Numbered from the stretch's first letter, positions 27,868-37,840 are shown. The stretch is DNA of 64,000 nt from Candidatus Latescibacterota bacterium (GCA_011772205.1 WVZY01000057.1:6190-70189); one strand, 5' to 3'. The notes: a model not told the origin generated them from the letters alone. Translations and numbers: made by a program.

Positions 27868-29520
27868 ATGACCAAACGAGAGCGCATCGTCGCATTGTTC
27901 TTTTGTCTCTTCAGCGCTTTCAGTGCGTCCATAACCCACGGAGTGGATGTATCGGAGCAAGCTTTGATGGCCCACGTCCACTTTCTTACGTCCGATCACC
28001 TCGAGGGGCGCCGCGCGGCTCGAGCGGGCGATCTCGTCACGGAAGAGTACGTGAGATCGATCTTCGTGCAGGCGGGACTGAAGCCCCTTCCCGGGCTGGG
28101 TGATTACAGGCAGGAGATCGTTGCCATCGAAGCGACAATGGACAGGCAAGGCACGTCACTCGGAGTGGTGAGGGATGAAGAGGTGCCCTATTTCCGTGTG
28201 GATCGGGAGGTATTTTGCCTCTTGAATGGTCGTTCCGATCTCAATATCAGAGCTCCATTGGTGTTCGCGGGTTTTGGAATTACAGCGCCTGAATATGAAT
28301 ACGATGACTATGCCGGAATCGATGTGGAGGGAAAAGTCGTCCTGGTGCTGAACAACGAGCCCGGGGATACATCCGATGGTGACAAATTCAGGGGACGCGC
28401 ACCAACGCGCTACTCCTTTCCGAAAATGAAAGAAGAGATTGCAAGAAGGCACGGCGCTGTGGGGATGATCATCGTTAACAATGCTGCGAGCGGTCACCCG
28501 GATCTCGACGTTAGCGTACCTAAGCGCTATGGACGTGAGCTTCGAGAGCCCTACTTCGGTTTGGAAGTTGATGAGGAGCGAATTCCGATATTCTTTGCGA
28601 CAAAGCCGGTGGTCGATGCGATGCTGGGGGGCACGAACGTCGATATCATCGAGCGTCAGGAGCGCATCGATAAAAGAATGAAGCCGGTTTCGGCAAGCGT
28701 TCAAGGCCGGGAAGTCATCCTCAATGTTCAAATTGCTTCGGTGGAGAGAAAAGAAATCGCTAACATCATCGGTTACCTCGAAGGGGGCGACGCGGCGTTG
28801 AAGCACGAGTTTATAGTGATTGGGGCACATCATGACCACCTCGGCGTAGGCGAGGATGGAGCAATATTTTATGGGGCGGATGACAACGCATCCGGCACGG
28901 CAGGGCTTCTCGAATCGGCCCGGATTCTTGCTGGAGAAGCTGGCAGGCTCAAACGGTCCATCTTATTCGTCTCATTCTGTGCGGAAGAAAGGGGTCTTTT
29001 GGGATCGAAATATTTTATCATGCAACCTCCAATCTCGGAGGAAAGTCTTTGTGTGATGATCAATATGGATATGATCGGACGCAACAATATGGATAAAACC
29101 GAGAACGAAAACATGTTCATTGTGTTCACGTCAGCCCAAACGCCTGCTCTCGAGAGGGCGGTGAGGTCGGAGGCGAAGGCATTGGATCTGGACGTCCGCG
29201 TCGCTCCGTATGTCCGCTTTCGCGGCGCCAGTGATCACTCTTTGTTTCATAATCGGGGAATACCCGTTGTATTCTACTTCAGCGGATTTCATAAGGATTA
29301 CAACCGCTCGACGGATACGATTGATAAAATTGTGCCAAACAAGATAGTCAAGGTTGTGAGTCATCTTTGCAGGTTTGCTGAGGCACTGAGTGAGGATCGC
29401 GGGATCGATCTGAAATTCGATCGGGCAATAACTGTCGAGCCCGAGAAGGATCCGTTCGAGAATCCATATTCGGTTCGTGCTAGTCGCCAGGAGGAGGATC
29501 GGTCTCAAAATCGCCGGTGA
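27868..29520 (+). CDS. Secreted M28-family peptidase with PA domain
   Basis: GAHHDHLG, GADDNASG, AEERGLLGS, NMDMIGR, SDH; PA insert FAGFGI..DDYAGIDVEGK. Confidence 0.88.
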   Translation: MTKRERIVALFFCLFSAFSASITHGVDVSEQALMAHVHFLTSDHLEGRRAARAGDLVTEEYVRSIFVQAGLKPLPGLGDYRQEIVAIEATMDRQGTSLGVVRDEEVPYFRVDREVFCLLNGRSDLNIRAPLVFAGFGITAPEYEYDDYAGIDVEGKVVLVLNNEPGDTSDGDKFRGRAPTRYSFPKMKEEIARRHGAVGMIIVNNAASGHPDLDVSVPKRYGRELREPYFGLEVDEERIPIFFATKPVVDAMLGGTNVDIIERQERIDKRMKPVSASVQGREVILNVQIASVERKEIANIIGYLEGGDAALKHEFIVIGAHHDHLGVGEDGAIFYGADDNASGTAGLLESARILAGEAGRLKRSILFVSFCAEERGLLGSKYFIMQPPISEESLCVMINMDMIGRNNMDKTENENMFIVFTSAQTPALERAVRSEAKALDLDVRVAPYVRFRGASDHSLFHNRGIPVVFYFSGFHKDYNRSTDTIDKIVPNKIVKVVSHLCRFAEALSEDRGIDLKFDRAITVEPEKDPFENPYSVRASRQEEDRSQNRR

Positions 29521-29749
29521 TCGCAAGATCGATCTCGCGCTGGGCCTTGGCGGCCTCGAGCAGATTTATCAGATTTCTCTTGTGATTGACTTCCTCCTCG
29601 GCAAGTCTGAGGAGGAGTCTTTTTTGGGCAGGAGTGCAAACGCAAGAAGCGGCCTCTATATAGAAAGCTCTTGTCTCTTCTTCTCTTTTGATGCCTTGCT
29701 CCAGGATTTCAATTAGGGACTCGTTCTCTAATTTGCCTTGAGAACTCAT
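29480..29749 (-). CDS. Small rubrerythrin/ferritin-like (half-bundle) protein
   Basis: IKREEETRAFY ... LAEEEVNH; GGGAGG SD. Confidence 0.75.
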   Translation of the reverse strand: MSSQGKLENESLIEILEQGIKREEETRAFYIEAASCVCTPAQKRLLLRLAEEEVNHKRNLINLLEAAKAQREIDLAITGDFETDPPPGD

Positions 29750-29903
29750 GGGTCAACCCTCCCTTCTTTATTGCGCGATTATAGCGCACCATTGGGCGTA
29801 TCGTAAACGAAAACCGAACGTCTTCGAGCCTTTGAAGCTGGGATGACGCTCGAGACCCTTCTTCGCGCTGGTCTTCGGCTATTTGCTTGGATACTGTTGT
29901 GGA

Positions 29904-31547
29904 TCAGTCCAGTGTCCTGGGAGCGTAGACGAGGACGGATGGGGTGATATCGGACTCGCCTTTTGACAGCCGCTCATAAAACCGCTTTCTTGCTTTTATC
30001 AGCATGTCAATGAGAAATTCCTCGTGATAATAGTCGAGTGATTTATCCAGATACTTCTCGGCGCTCTTATAATCCTGCTGCACGCCTTTGATCTCTGCGA
30101 GCCTTACTGCGGAGAGAAGCTGGTAGGCCTGGGAGCAGCTTGGGACTTCCTGATCGAGTGCGCTGAGAAACCGATTGGAAGCCTCCTCAAGATCTCCGGC
30201 AAGGAGGAGCGCTTCACCGGAGTAGAAATCGTAAAGCACGGTTGCACCTTTGCGCTCGCGGTAATCTTCAAGGCCGTTCTTCGCCCACGCTTGCTCGAGG
30301 ATATAAATGTGGCGTATAAAACCCGCGTCGGCTTCGAGAATGGAATTTTCTATCAGGTGATTTCCCTCCAACATTTCTTCAGCGACATCATGGAACCGCT
30401 TCATCCCCTTGTCCTCAAGGATCCTGTTGCAGGCGTCAGTCGCCTTGTCAGCCTCCCCTAAGTTCGCATAGATACAGCCCAGATTCATTAGCGAGAGCGG
30501 CACGAGCCAATCGGGTCTATCCGGAGCTTCGTCGACCAAGGCACGGAACTCCTGGATTGCCGCAGAGGGCGATTCGAAAAACATGCTGGAATACGACCGG
30601 TGATAACGCAATCGGTGGATGGTGTCCCAATCCACTCCTTCTCGTTGCTCCGCCATGTGCCTATCCAAGGCCGAGTTCTCGATTTGCATTAGCTGCCAGA
30701 GCTTGCTGGGGTAGAAGGTCCTGACGACTCCCAAAGGCTCTACCAGACGGAGATAACTCGGATACTTTTCGAGAAGATCCATGAACCTCGAAACCCCGTC
30801 TTCGAAGCGTCCTTCAAAGAGCGTATAGATGGCCGCGAGTATGATTTTATGGTCGGTGGCCAGCAATCCACCTTCGGCGCACGCATCGTTGAGATACGCC
30901 AATCCCTTTTCCCGGTCTCCTCCCGGGATGAAGAAAAGGGTCTTCACGAATTTGATTACGGCCGGCAGGGTATCGGCGAAGTATAAAAACGTCCCCATGA
31001 TCCCTTTTGCATCGGGATCCTCGGGGTGCTCCGAAAGGTATTTTTTGAGGTCTTGGTTGCCTTTGGCCGCAGATCTTCCAGCGCTCCAGTAGCTCCCGCC
31101 CAGTGCATGGAGCTGCGCTTTGAACATCCAGGCCCAGCCACGGTAGAATCTGTGCTCCGAGTCGTCTTCGGCGGCTTTCATCCTCGTTTCGCAGAGGTCG
31201 ATAACCTTGTCCAGGATATCATGCATTGGGGCGGCATTTTTGCGGATGAGCTCCTTGTTGTCGTCCTGCTCTGGGAGCGCTTCCCGGAGCACCCTGGCTT
31301 TTATCAGGTAGGGAAGCGGGTGATCTTGATTGGCCTCTATGTAGCGTTCGGTCTGCTCGAGGGCGAGATCGGACTTACCCCTGTAAAGGTTGTCGAGAAT
31401 GCTCCGCGCCTCCCCCGCTACCGAGGGCTCTAACAGTGTGTCCGGATCCTGGGACCCGAGAGAAGTCGCTCCGGCTGGAACGTTGCGTGCAATCGGAGAG
31501 AGGGTGAGAAAAGCTAGTGCAAATATTAGCAGAATGTTCCGGGCCAA
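29904..31547 (-). CDS. Secreted TPR protein (DUF3808/TTC39-like)
   Basis: Signal peptide from TTG 31547; helical repeats; GGDREKGLAYL motif. Start is uncertain (track gives 31673). Confidence 0.65.
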   Translation of the reverse strand: MARNILLIFALAFLTLSPIARNVPAGATSLGSQDPDTLLEPSVAGEARSILDNLYRGKSDLALEQTERYIEANQDHPLPYLIKARVLREALPEQDDNKELIRKNAAPMHDILDKVIDLCETRMKAAEDDSEHRFYRGWAWMFKAQLHALGGSYWSAGRSAAKGNQDLKKYLSEHPEDPDAKGIMGTFLYFADTLPAVIKFVKTLFFIPGGDREKGLAYLNDACAEGGLLATDHKIILAAIYTLFEGRFEDGVSRFMDLLEKYPSYLRLVEPLGVVRTFYPSKLWQLMQIENSALDRHMAEQREGVDWDTIHRLRYHRSYSSMFFESPSAAIQEFRALVDEAPDRPDWLVPLSLMNLGCIYANLGEADKATDACNRILEDKGMKRFHDVAEEMLEGNHLIENSILEADAGFIRHIYILEQAWAKNGLEDYRERKGATVLYDFYSGEALLLAGDLEEASNRFLSALDQEVPSCSQAYQLLSAVRLAEIKGVQQDYKSAEKYLDKSLDYYHEEFLIDMLIKARKRFYERLSKGESDITPSVLVYAPRTLD

Positions 31548-31675
31548 CTTGAGCCTTTCCCGTGCGTTTAATAACCTGCGGCGTTGATGAATTAATATGC
31601 ACAAATCGGGCCCAACGTAAAAGCAAAATCTTGCCTCCACGGGCGCCTCAATATACGCCTGAAATACGGCCATTT

Positions 31676-31691
31676 TGGCATATCTGTTGCT
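31676..31691 (+). promoter_or_regulatory. Sigma54 promoter of the HEAT/HD-GYP operon
   Basis: TGGCATATCTGTTGCT, 32 nt before ATG 31724, with GAGGT SD in between. Confidence 0.75.
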
Positions 31692-31723
31692 TAAGTTTCT
31701 CTAAAATCGTGAGGTAAATACCA

Positions 31724-33565
31724 ATGAGCGAAACAGAGGGAAAACATCCACCTGCAGAGATCGCAGATGAGGAGTCGGCGCCGGATCTCCAGAAGGTGAT
31801 GACTGTCATGAAATGCCTCACGAAGTATGTGGCAGGGATGAAGATATACGCCAAGAACAATCCCACCCTCGCCAAATTCGCCGGCGAATTCCGCGATGCT
31901 ATGCAGGAATTTTTCGAAGATGAGGACGAGCTCGTTCTTTCCATCGAGCAGTTTGCCGTCAAATGGCAAGATGAAATCGTTTATGAGAACGAAAAGCGGG
32001 ACGAAAGTCTCGCTTTTATCTTCTTCCGCGATGGCATAGGCGAAGTGACATTAACGAAAGGAGTCACCGAGGAAGAATTGGACAGGTTTGTCGAAATCAT
32101 CAAGCAGGAATTTCACAGTACCGCGGATGAGGAGGACATCGTCACGAAGCTTTGGAAAACTGACTTCAGGTTCATTGCATACCGCGTTCTCGAGGAATAT
32201 CTTTCCGGCGAGTACGGTGACGGGGAGGGGCAAGAACACGAAAGAAAGCCTTCCCGCCTGGATTTCGACGATCACGAGGAGAGCCGGCCCAGCTTGGAAG
32301 ATAGAGGAAGGGTTATTGTCGAACCTGACGATCCGATCCAGTCTATCGATGGCTATATGAGAAGTCTGGCGCAAAAGGAATGTCAGTCGGGGGATGAAGT
32401 GGAAAAAGAAGCGGCTTTTCAACGTATTGCTGAAGATCTCTTGAAAGTGGCCGAAGAAGATCTTAACGATCGCCATGAGCAACTCCGTTTTGAAAAAGGT
32501 TCTGAGTCGCTCATGGACTTTATGGATGCATTCCTGTCGTTCACTTTGCTATCGCATAATCCCGCGGCTGTACGCGACGTAACGAATGTTACGGAGCGAT
32601 TCGTGGATTATGTTCTCGAAGAGCGCCGCTTAAAAACGCTTGCAGGGACGCTGGCCTTGATCCGGGAGTTCATGGGTGGGCAATCCATTCCAGACGATAT
32701 CGCATCCCTTTGCCGGAGTTTCGAAGACCGGCTTTGCGATGACGCGTTGCTAAGCGATCTCGCACATGAAATCAAGGAGTGGAATAAGAAGAGCAATGAT
32801 ATCGTCGAATACTTATTAATGGCCGGACAAAAATCACTTACTCCACTTTGCGAGGTTCTACGACAGGTCGAGGGGCAGAAAGTTCACAGGGAGATCTGCA
32901 ATGCAATTGTTACGATCGCGGGTAAGAACATAGCGGCCATTGTTGACCGGTTCGAAGTCGATAGTGCTGCGATCGCATTCGACATCATTTATATGCTCAG
33001 TATGGCCAATCCAGAAGGGGTATCGCCGAAGATACGTGAACTCATTCACTACCCGGATTCACTTGTAAAAGCGGAAGTTATCGAATATCTCGGTGGGCTC
33101 GAAGGGGAAGAAGTAATTCCGATTCTGTTCGAGGCGCTCGAAGACCCTGAAAAGACTATCCGCCTGAAGGCACTCGAGGCTTTGGAGCGAATAAAGTCTC
33201 CCAGTGTGCTCGACAAGATTAGCATGATAGCGTTCGGTAAAGAATTCACCCAGAAAAGCATGGATGAGCAGGAAGCAGTTTTCAAGACGCTCGGCCGGCT
33301 AGGGAACGAGGAAACGGTGGATCGCATAGGCAAGATGCTGGAAAAGAGGCACCTGCTTCATTTCAGCAAGAATCGGGGTAACAAATATCTTGCGATTCAC
33401 GCGCTGGAAAACATCTGTACTGACAGCTCGCAAAAGCTCCTGGAGAAGCTTTCGAAAGATTCCAGCAGCCAAGTAAGGGGCCGCGCCTACCGCGCACGGA
33501 AGCATTTGAGGAAGCTCATGGAAAACCCCCAAGATAACGCCGGAAAGGCAGATAGTCATGACTGA
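31724..33565 (+). CDS. HEAT-repeat protein
   Basis: Acidic helical protein; C-terminal HEAT repeats (ALEDPEKTIRLKALEALERI, LSKDSSSQVR). Confidence 0.78.
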   Translation: MSETEGKHPPAEIADEESAPDLQKVMTVMKCLTKYVAGMKIYAKNNPTLAKFAGEFRDAMQEFFEDEDELVLSIEQFAVKWQDEIVYENEKRDESLAFIFFRDGIGEVTLTKGVTEEELDRFVEIIKQEFHSTADEEDIVTKLWKTDFRFIAYRVLEEYLSGEYGDGEGQEHERKPSRLDFDDHEESRPSLEDRGRVIVEPDDPIQSIDGYMRSLAQKECQSGDEVEKEAAFQRIAEDLLKVAEEDLNDRHEQLRFEKGSESLMDFMDAFLSFTLLSHNPAAVRDVTNVTERFVDYVLEERRLKTLAGTLALIREFMGGQSIPDDIASLCRSFEDRLCDDALLSDLAHEIKEWNKKSNDIVEYLLMAGQKSLTPLCEVLRQVEGQKVHREICNAIVTIAGKNIAAIVDRFEVDSAAIAFDIIYMLSMANPEGVSPKIRELIHYPDSLVKAEVIEYLGGLEGEEVIPILFEALEDPEKTIRLKALEALERIKSPSVLDKISMIAFGKEFTQKSMDEQEAVFKTLGRLGNEETVDRIGKMLEKRHLLHFSKNRGNKYLAIHALENICTDSSQKLLEKLSKDSSSQVRGRAYRARKHLRKLMENPQDNAGKADSHD

Positions 33566-35066
33566 CGGCGAACGCAAGCCAGATGCACCCTCCACGGCGA
33601 CCCAACAGGCAGCCAGGCCTCAAGATGATGAGAAGCAGTTGGGTGGTGAGAGCTTCATCAAAGAGGCAGGTTCCGCCTTGATTCACAGTTTCTTCACGGC
33701 GTCCAAGACGATTCAGCTCTATGAGCTGAATAATGAAGCTGTTAAACGCAGCCTGTCGGAATTTGTCGAGGCCACGAAAAGGATCATACGTAACGAAGGA
33801 AAGGCGTCTCTTCGGATCTCTGCGGAGTTCCTATATATAAATGATGTACGGATTCCAATGGATTCCCAAACCGCCGGGCCGTATCTCTATCTGATCGAGG
33901 AGATGAAAAAACGGGGAGTGGAAGCTTTCGAATTTCATCCCGACCTGGAAGTGGAAGAAGTGGGATCATTTTTGAAGACTTTCTTCGAGATCGATGAGGC
34001 AGAAGATGCTTTCGAGGAGCTCCAGGATCGTATGCGGCAATCATCTATCCGGAACCTCGACGCTATGCCCTGGATCGAAAGAGAAAGACGTCTCACTGAT
34101 GCGAAACAGGAGCGGAAGGACATCCGCTCCGAGAGCAATATGATCTTTTTCAGGACCGTTCACCTGATGAGAGGAATCCTTCAGGCTATAGAAGAAAAAC
34201 ATGTAATCCAGGTGAAGAAGGCGAAGCGACTGACACAACAGATGACGGATATCATTCAAACGGACGAATCCATCCTCGTTGGTTTGACAAGTATCAAGGA
34301 TTTCGATGAGTACACATACGCGCATTCAGTGAATGTGTGCATTCTTTCGATGCTCACCGGCGACCGGTTGAAGCTTTACAAGCAGGAACTCGCTAGGCTC
34401 GGACTCGCCGCTCTCTTTCACGATATCGGCAAAGTTCACATACCCTCGTCCATTGTTTACAGCACCACGACGCTATCGGAAAGTGATTGGGAATTGATGA
34501 AATACCACACATTTTTCGGTGTTGTCGAACTTGCTCGCGTCAAAGCATTGAATGAAATCGTTGATGCGATGTTCGTCGCCCTGCAGCATCACGTTCATTA
34601 CGATATGAATGGATACCCACAGAAGCCCGAGGGTTGGGAGCTGCGGCTCTTCACAAAAATCGTGACTGTCGCCGATTATTACGACGCAATGACGTCTTCG
34701 CGCAGCTATCGCAAAGTTCCGGTGACGCCTGATAAAGCTCTGCGGTTTATCATGGAGAAAAGCGGTAAGATTTTCGATCCCGTTATTGCAAAGACGTTCG
34801 TTCAAGCTATGGGGATCTATCCGATCGGCACGGTAGTCGAGCTCGATACGGGGGAAAGAGGTGTCGTGGTCAAACAGAATCCCCAGAGCCGCTATATCCA
34901 CCGGCCCTCTGTTCAAATAATAGATCCCGGGACAGAGGAGAAAGGACCGCTTGTCAATCTTACCGAGCGAGCAGATGGAGAATGTCGCTATCGCCGCTCG
35001 ATCCTCCGGGCCCTCTATGATCTCGATGCTGGCGTAGACAAGCACTCCTACTTCATCACGGAGTAG
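33558..35066 (+). CDS. HD-GYP domain (cyclic dinucleotide phosphodiesterase) protein
   Basis: YTYAHSVNV, FHDIGK, QHHVHYDMNGYP, VADYYDAMTSSRSY, FDP, GIYPIGT. Confidence 0.9.
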   Translation: MTDGERKPDAPSTATQQAARPQDDEKQLGGESFIKEAGSALIHSFFTASKTIQLYELNNEAVKRSLSEFVEATKRIIRNEGKASLRISAEFLYINDVRIPMDSQTAGPYLYLIEEMKKRGVEAFEFHPDLEVEEVGSFLKTFFEIDEAEDAFEELQDRMRQSSIRNLDAMPWIERERRLTDAKQERKDIRSESNMIFFRTVHLMRGILQAIEEKHVIQVKKAKRLTQQMTDIIQTDESILVGLTSIKDFDEYTYAHSVNVCILSMLTGDRLKLYKQELARLGLAALFHDIGKVHIPSSIVYSTTTLSESDWELMKYHTFFGVVELARVKALNEIVDAMFVALQHHVHYDMNGYPQKPEGWELRLFTKIVTVADYYDAMTSSRSYRKVPVTPDKALRFIMEKSGKIFDPVIAKTFVQAMGIYPIGTVVELDTGERGVVVKQNPQSRYIHRPSVQIIDPGTEEKGPLVNLTERADGECRYRRSILRALYDLDAGVDKHSYFITE

Positions 35067-35184
35067 CAGGCCGGTATTTTTCGGAAATCCCTGGATGATG
35101 TTGATAAGGGGCGATCGAGCCGCGACGGAAAAGCGTCTACTCACATCGCCTTATGCTACGACGCAAAGGTCGGCGCAGCATGGA

Positions 35185-36324
35185 TCAGTATCTGGGAATA
35201 TCAGAATCGATTTCCGCCGCCCAGGCGTTGATTCCACCTTTGAGTTTCCAGACTTTTCGGAAGCCGGCATTCCTGAGAAGATCAACAGCGGTTGCGGAGC
35301 GCACCCCCGTTCTGCAGTAGACGACAATTTCCCTCGTTGGCTCCAGCTCGTGGATGCGAGTTGCGAACTCTCCCAAGGGGATTTTCCGTCCACCGAGATT
35401 GCTGATTTGCGATTCGTACGGCTCGCGAACGTCCAGGAGAAGGATATTCTCGCCAGCCTCGAGCTTGCTTTTGAGCTCTGCTGGAGCTATTTCGGAAACA
35501 TCCACTGCGAGTTGAGTCTCGTCTCCATGCGCACCGCAAAACGCTTCGTAGTCGATGAGTTCTTTTATTGTCGGCTGCTCGCCGCAGACCGGACAATTCG
35601 GGTTCTTTGGTAGCTTGAGTTCGTTGAACCGTATCTTCAACGCATCGAACAGAAGCAGTCGCCCCTTGAGGCTTTCGCCAACGCCGAGAATGATTTTGAT
35701 CGTTTCGTTCGCCTGGATCGTACCGATGATTCCTGGGAGGACACCGAGGATTCCGCTCTCGGAGCAGCTCGGAGCAAGGCCGGGAGGGGGTGGCTCGGGA
35801 TAGAGACAACGATAGCAGGGACCGTCCTCCAAGCTGAAGACCGTTGCCTGGCCCTCGAATCGAAACACGCTGCCGTAAACGTTCGGCTTCCGCAGAAGCA
35901 CGCAGGCGTCGTTGACGAGGTAACGAGTGGGGAAATTATCCGAACCGTCCACTATGATGTCGTACCCGGAAAGGAGGTCGAGGGCGTTGCGGTTTGTCAA
36001 ATGCGTCTTGTGTGCGACGATTTCAATTTCGGGATTCAGCGCCCGAAGGCGATCCCTGCTTACATCGCATTTTGGATGGCCAATTTCTCCCGTCTCGAAC
36101 ATCACCTGGCGCTGGAGATTTGGGAGGTCCACTTCATCGGAGTCGATGAGCCCGATTCGCCCGACTCCGACGGCAGCAAGGTAAAGCCCCAGCGGTGATC
36201 CCAGACCGCCTGCGCCCACCAGAACCACTCTCGCAGCTTTCAGCTTGAGCTGGCCTTCGAGGGCCACCTCCGGCAGAATTAGGTGGCGGCTGTATCGGAG
36301 AATTTCTTCGTGACAAAGCATCAT
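35185..36324 (-). CDS. moeB: Molybdopterin-synthase adenylyltransferase with rhodanese domain (MoeB/MoeZ)
   Basis: RYSRHL, VGAGGLGSP, NLQRQ, DNFPTRY, CYRC, SCSESG, CPVC; rhodanese YCRTGVRS. Confidence 0.92.
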   Translation of the reverse strand: MMLCHEEILRYSRHLILPEVALEGQLKLKAARVVLVGAGGLGSPLGLYLAAVGVGRIGLIDSDEVDLPNLQRQVMFETGEIGHPKCDVSRDRLRALNPEIEIVAHKTHLTNRNALDLLSGYDIIVDGSDNFPTRYLVNDACVLLRKPNVYGSVFRFEGQATVFSLEDGPCYRCLYPEPPPPGLAPSCSESGILGVLPGIIGTIQANETIKIILGVGESLKGRLLLFDALKIRFNELKLPKNPNCPVCGEQPTIKELIDYEAFCGAHGDETQLAVDVSEIAPAELKSKLEAGENILLLDVREPYESQISNLGGRKIPLGEFATRIHELEPTREIVVYCRTGVRSATAVDLLRNAGFRKVWKLKGGINAWAAEIDSDIPRY

Positions 36325-36556
36325 GGTCTCCCGAGTCTGATCTTATTCCCGCGCTACCCCGAGGCTCGTGATGAGCATGACAGGTCTTGAGCGGAATATC
36401 ATTTAAAAGACCTTGTCTCAAACTGCGCAAGTATAGCATACAGCGCGGATTCAGTGACGCCGATGTCTCGGAATAGGCGATTTCCCCCATGGATCAATAT
36501 AAGACCCACCGGGTCGCATATCCACTCCGAAATTGCCTCCTGAGCTGCATAACCCT

Positions 36557-36572
36557 TGGCTTGCGAATTGCT
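36557..36572 (+). promoter_or_regulatory. Sigma54 promoter candidate upstream of the DUF1573 gene
   Basis: TGGCTTGCGAATTGCT with canonical GG/GC spacing, in intergenic DNA. Confidence 0.55.
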
Positions 36573-36823
36573 TACGCGTTTTCATAAACATGTGGAACTT
36601 TATGATGCCAGTGAGTATAATACGTTAGAGAATGTGCATTTGGCGTTGCCGGGCGCGAAAAGATAAATCCCGAGCCGTTTAGGCAGGGAGTTTTTTGATT
36701 CTTTGTTTCTCGAGTTCAGAGAGAAGGGGACGCGAATCGGATTGTACGTTAAAGGCTTCCGAAGTTCAGAAGACGATCCTCCATAATCCTAGGCACAAGC
36801 CTCGCATCGGAAGGAGGGGCAGC

Positions 36824-37840
36824 ATGTTTGCCCGCATCATCGTCGTTTTCCTGCTTGTTTGTTCATTCTCTTCCATCGCCCTCGCACAGGATAGCGAGGG
36901 GAACCAGCCGATAGCATATATAAATACACTAGTGCAAGATCTAGGGAATGTCTATGAGCAGGATGTTTATAAGTACACGTTCGTTGTAGAGAACCGCGGC
37001 AAGGCAGAATTGATCATAGAAAATGTCAAGCCGGGGTGAGGCTGCACGGTGGCCAAATACGATAAGGTCATCCCTCCTGGTCAGAAGGGAACAATAGAGT
37101 TCGAAATCGATGGGAAAAGGGTAAGAGGCAGGTTTACAAAGGGTGCAACTATTTACACGAACGATCCCAATCATAGGAAAATGACGGTTACATTGAATGC
37201 CCATATCAAACCTTACATCTTGATAGAACCCGCTTCGAAAGTATTTCTAAAAGGATCCTATGGAGAGCAGGTCGAAAGGGAGATCATTATCTCCTCGAAC
37301 GATGAAAATCTCAGCGAGCCATTCGAAATCACCAAAGTAGAGTCAGATATGGATGACAAGATTACCTACAAAGTGATTTCTGCCGAGGAGCAAGGGAAGT
37401 TCAAACTGAAAGTGATGAAAAACCCAAAGCTCACCGTGCAAAACGCGTTTGGCAGTCTCTTCGTTTACACGAACAACGATAGAGCTCCCAGGAATGTTAT
37501 TCAGGTCCAGGTAACGACAAAGGGCGAAATGGTTGTCAGACCTTCCATCCTCAACTTTGGATTTGTCCCTGAGGCCCGTAAGCACAATGAGGAATCGCCC
37601 GTGCAAAGATCACTTACCATATCAAATTCCAAACATGAATTCGAAATCGAAGACATCACATTTTCAATCGAAGGGTACAGGGCAAAGGTGGATCCCATTG
37701 AGGATGGAAAAAGCTATAGAGTTACAGTCGATTTCTTTCCTCAAAGCGGCGGCAGGAACTATATTGGACAAATGGTAATTCATACCAGCGATCCTCGTGA
37801 ACCATTGGTAAACGTCCGTCTCATCGCCCGATTTCGATAA
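36824..37840 (+). CDS. DUF1573-domain secreted protein, probable selenoprotein (in-frame TGA 37037-37039 read as Sec; motif U-G-C)
   Basis: Track ORFs 36695..37039 and 37049..37840 are in the same frame. Read-through gives FVVENRGKAELIIENVKPG-U-GCTVAKYDKVIPPGQKG, matching the DUF1573 pattern N.G..L.I..V..sCGCT...PG. SD AAGGAGG and signal peptide at 36824. Confidence 0.82.
37071..37090 (+). promoter_or_regulatory. Candidate bacterial SECIS hairpin
   Basis: TCCCT-C-CT[GGTC]AG-A-AGGGA stem-loop with a G-containing apical loop ~40 nt downstream of the UGA; this is slightly further than usual. Confidence 0.45.

Noticed and set aside
31621-31638. Minus-strand sigma54-like GGCAAGATTTTGC for the TPR gene
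   Set aside because: GG-GC spacing is one base short
36695-37840. Two separate ORFs or a nonsense pseudogene, as in the ORF track
   Set aside because: Same frame, the stop is TGA at a conserved Cys column, and there is no other decay; Sec read-through is the simpler explanation
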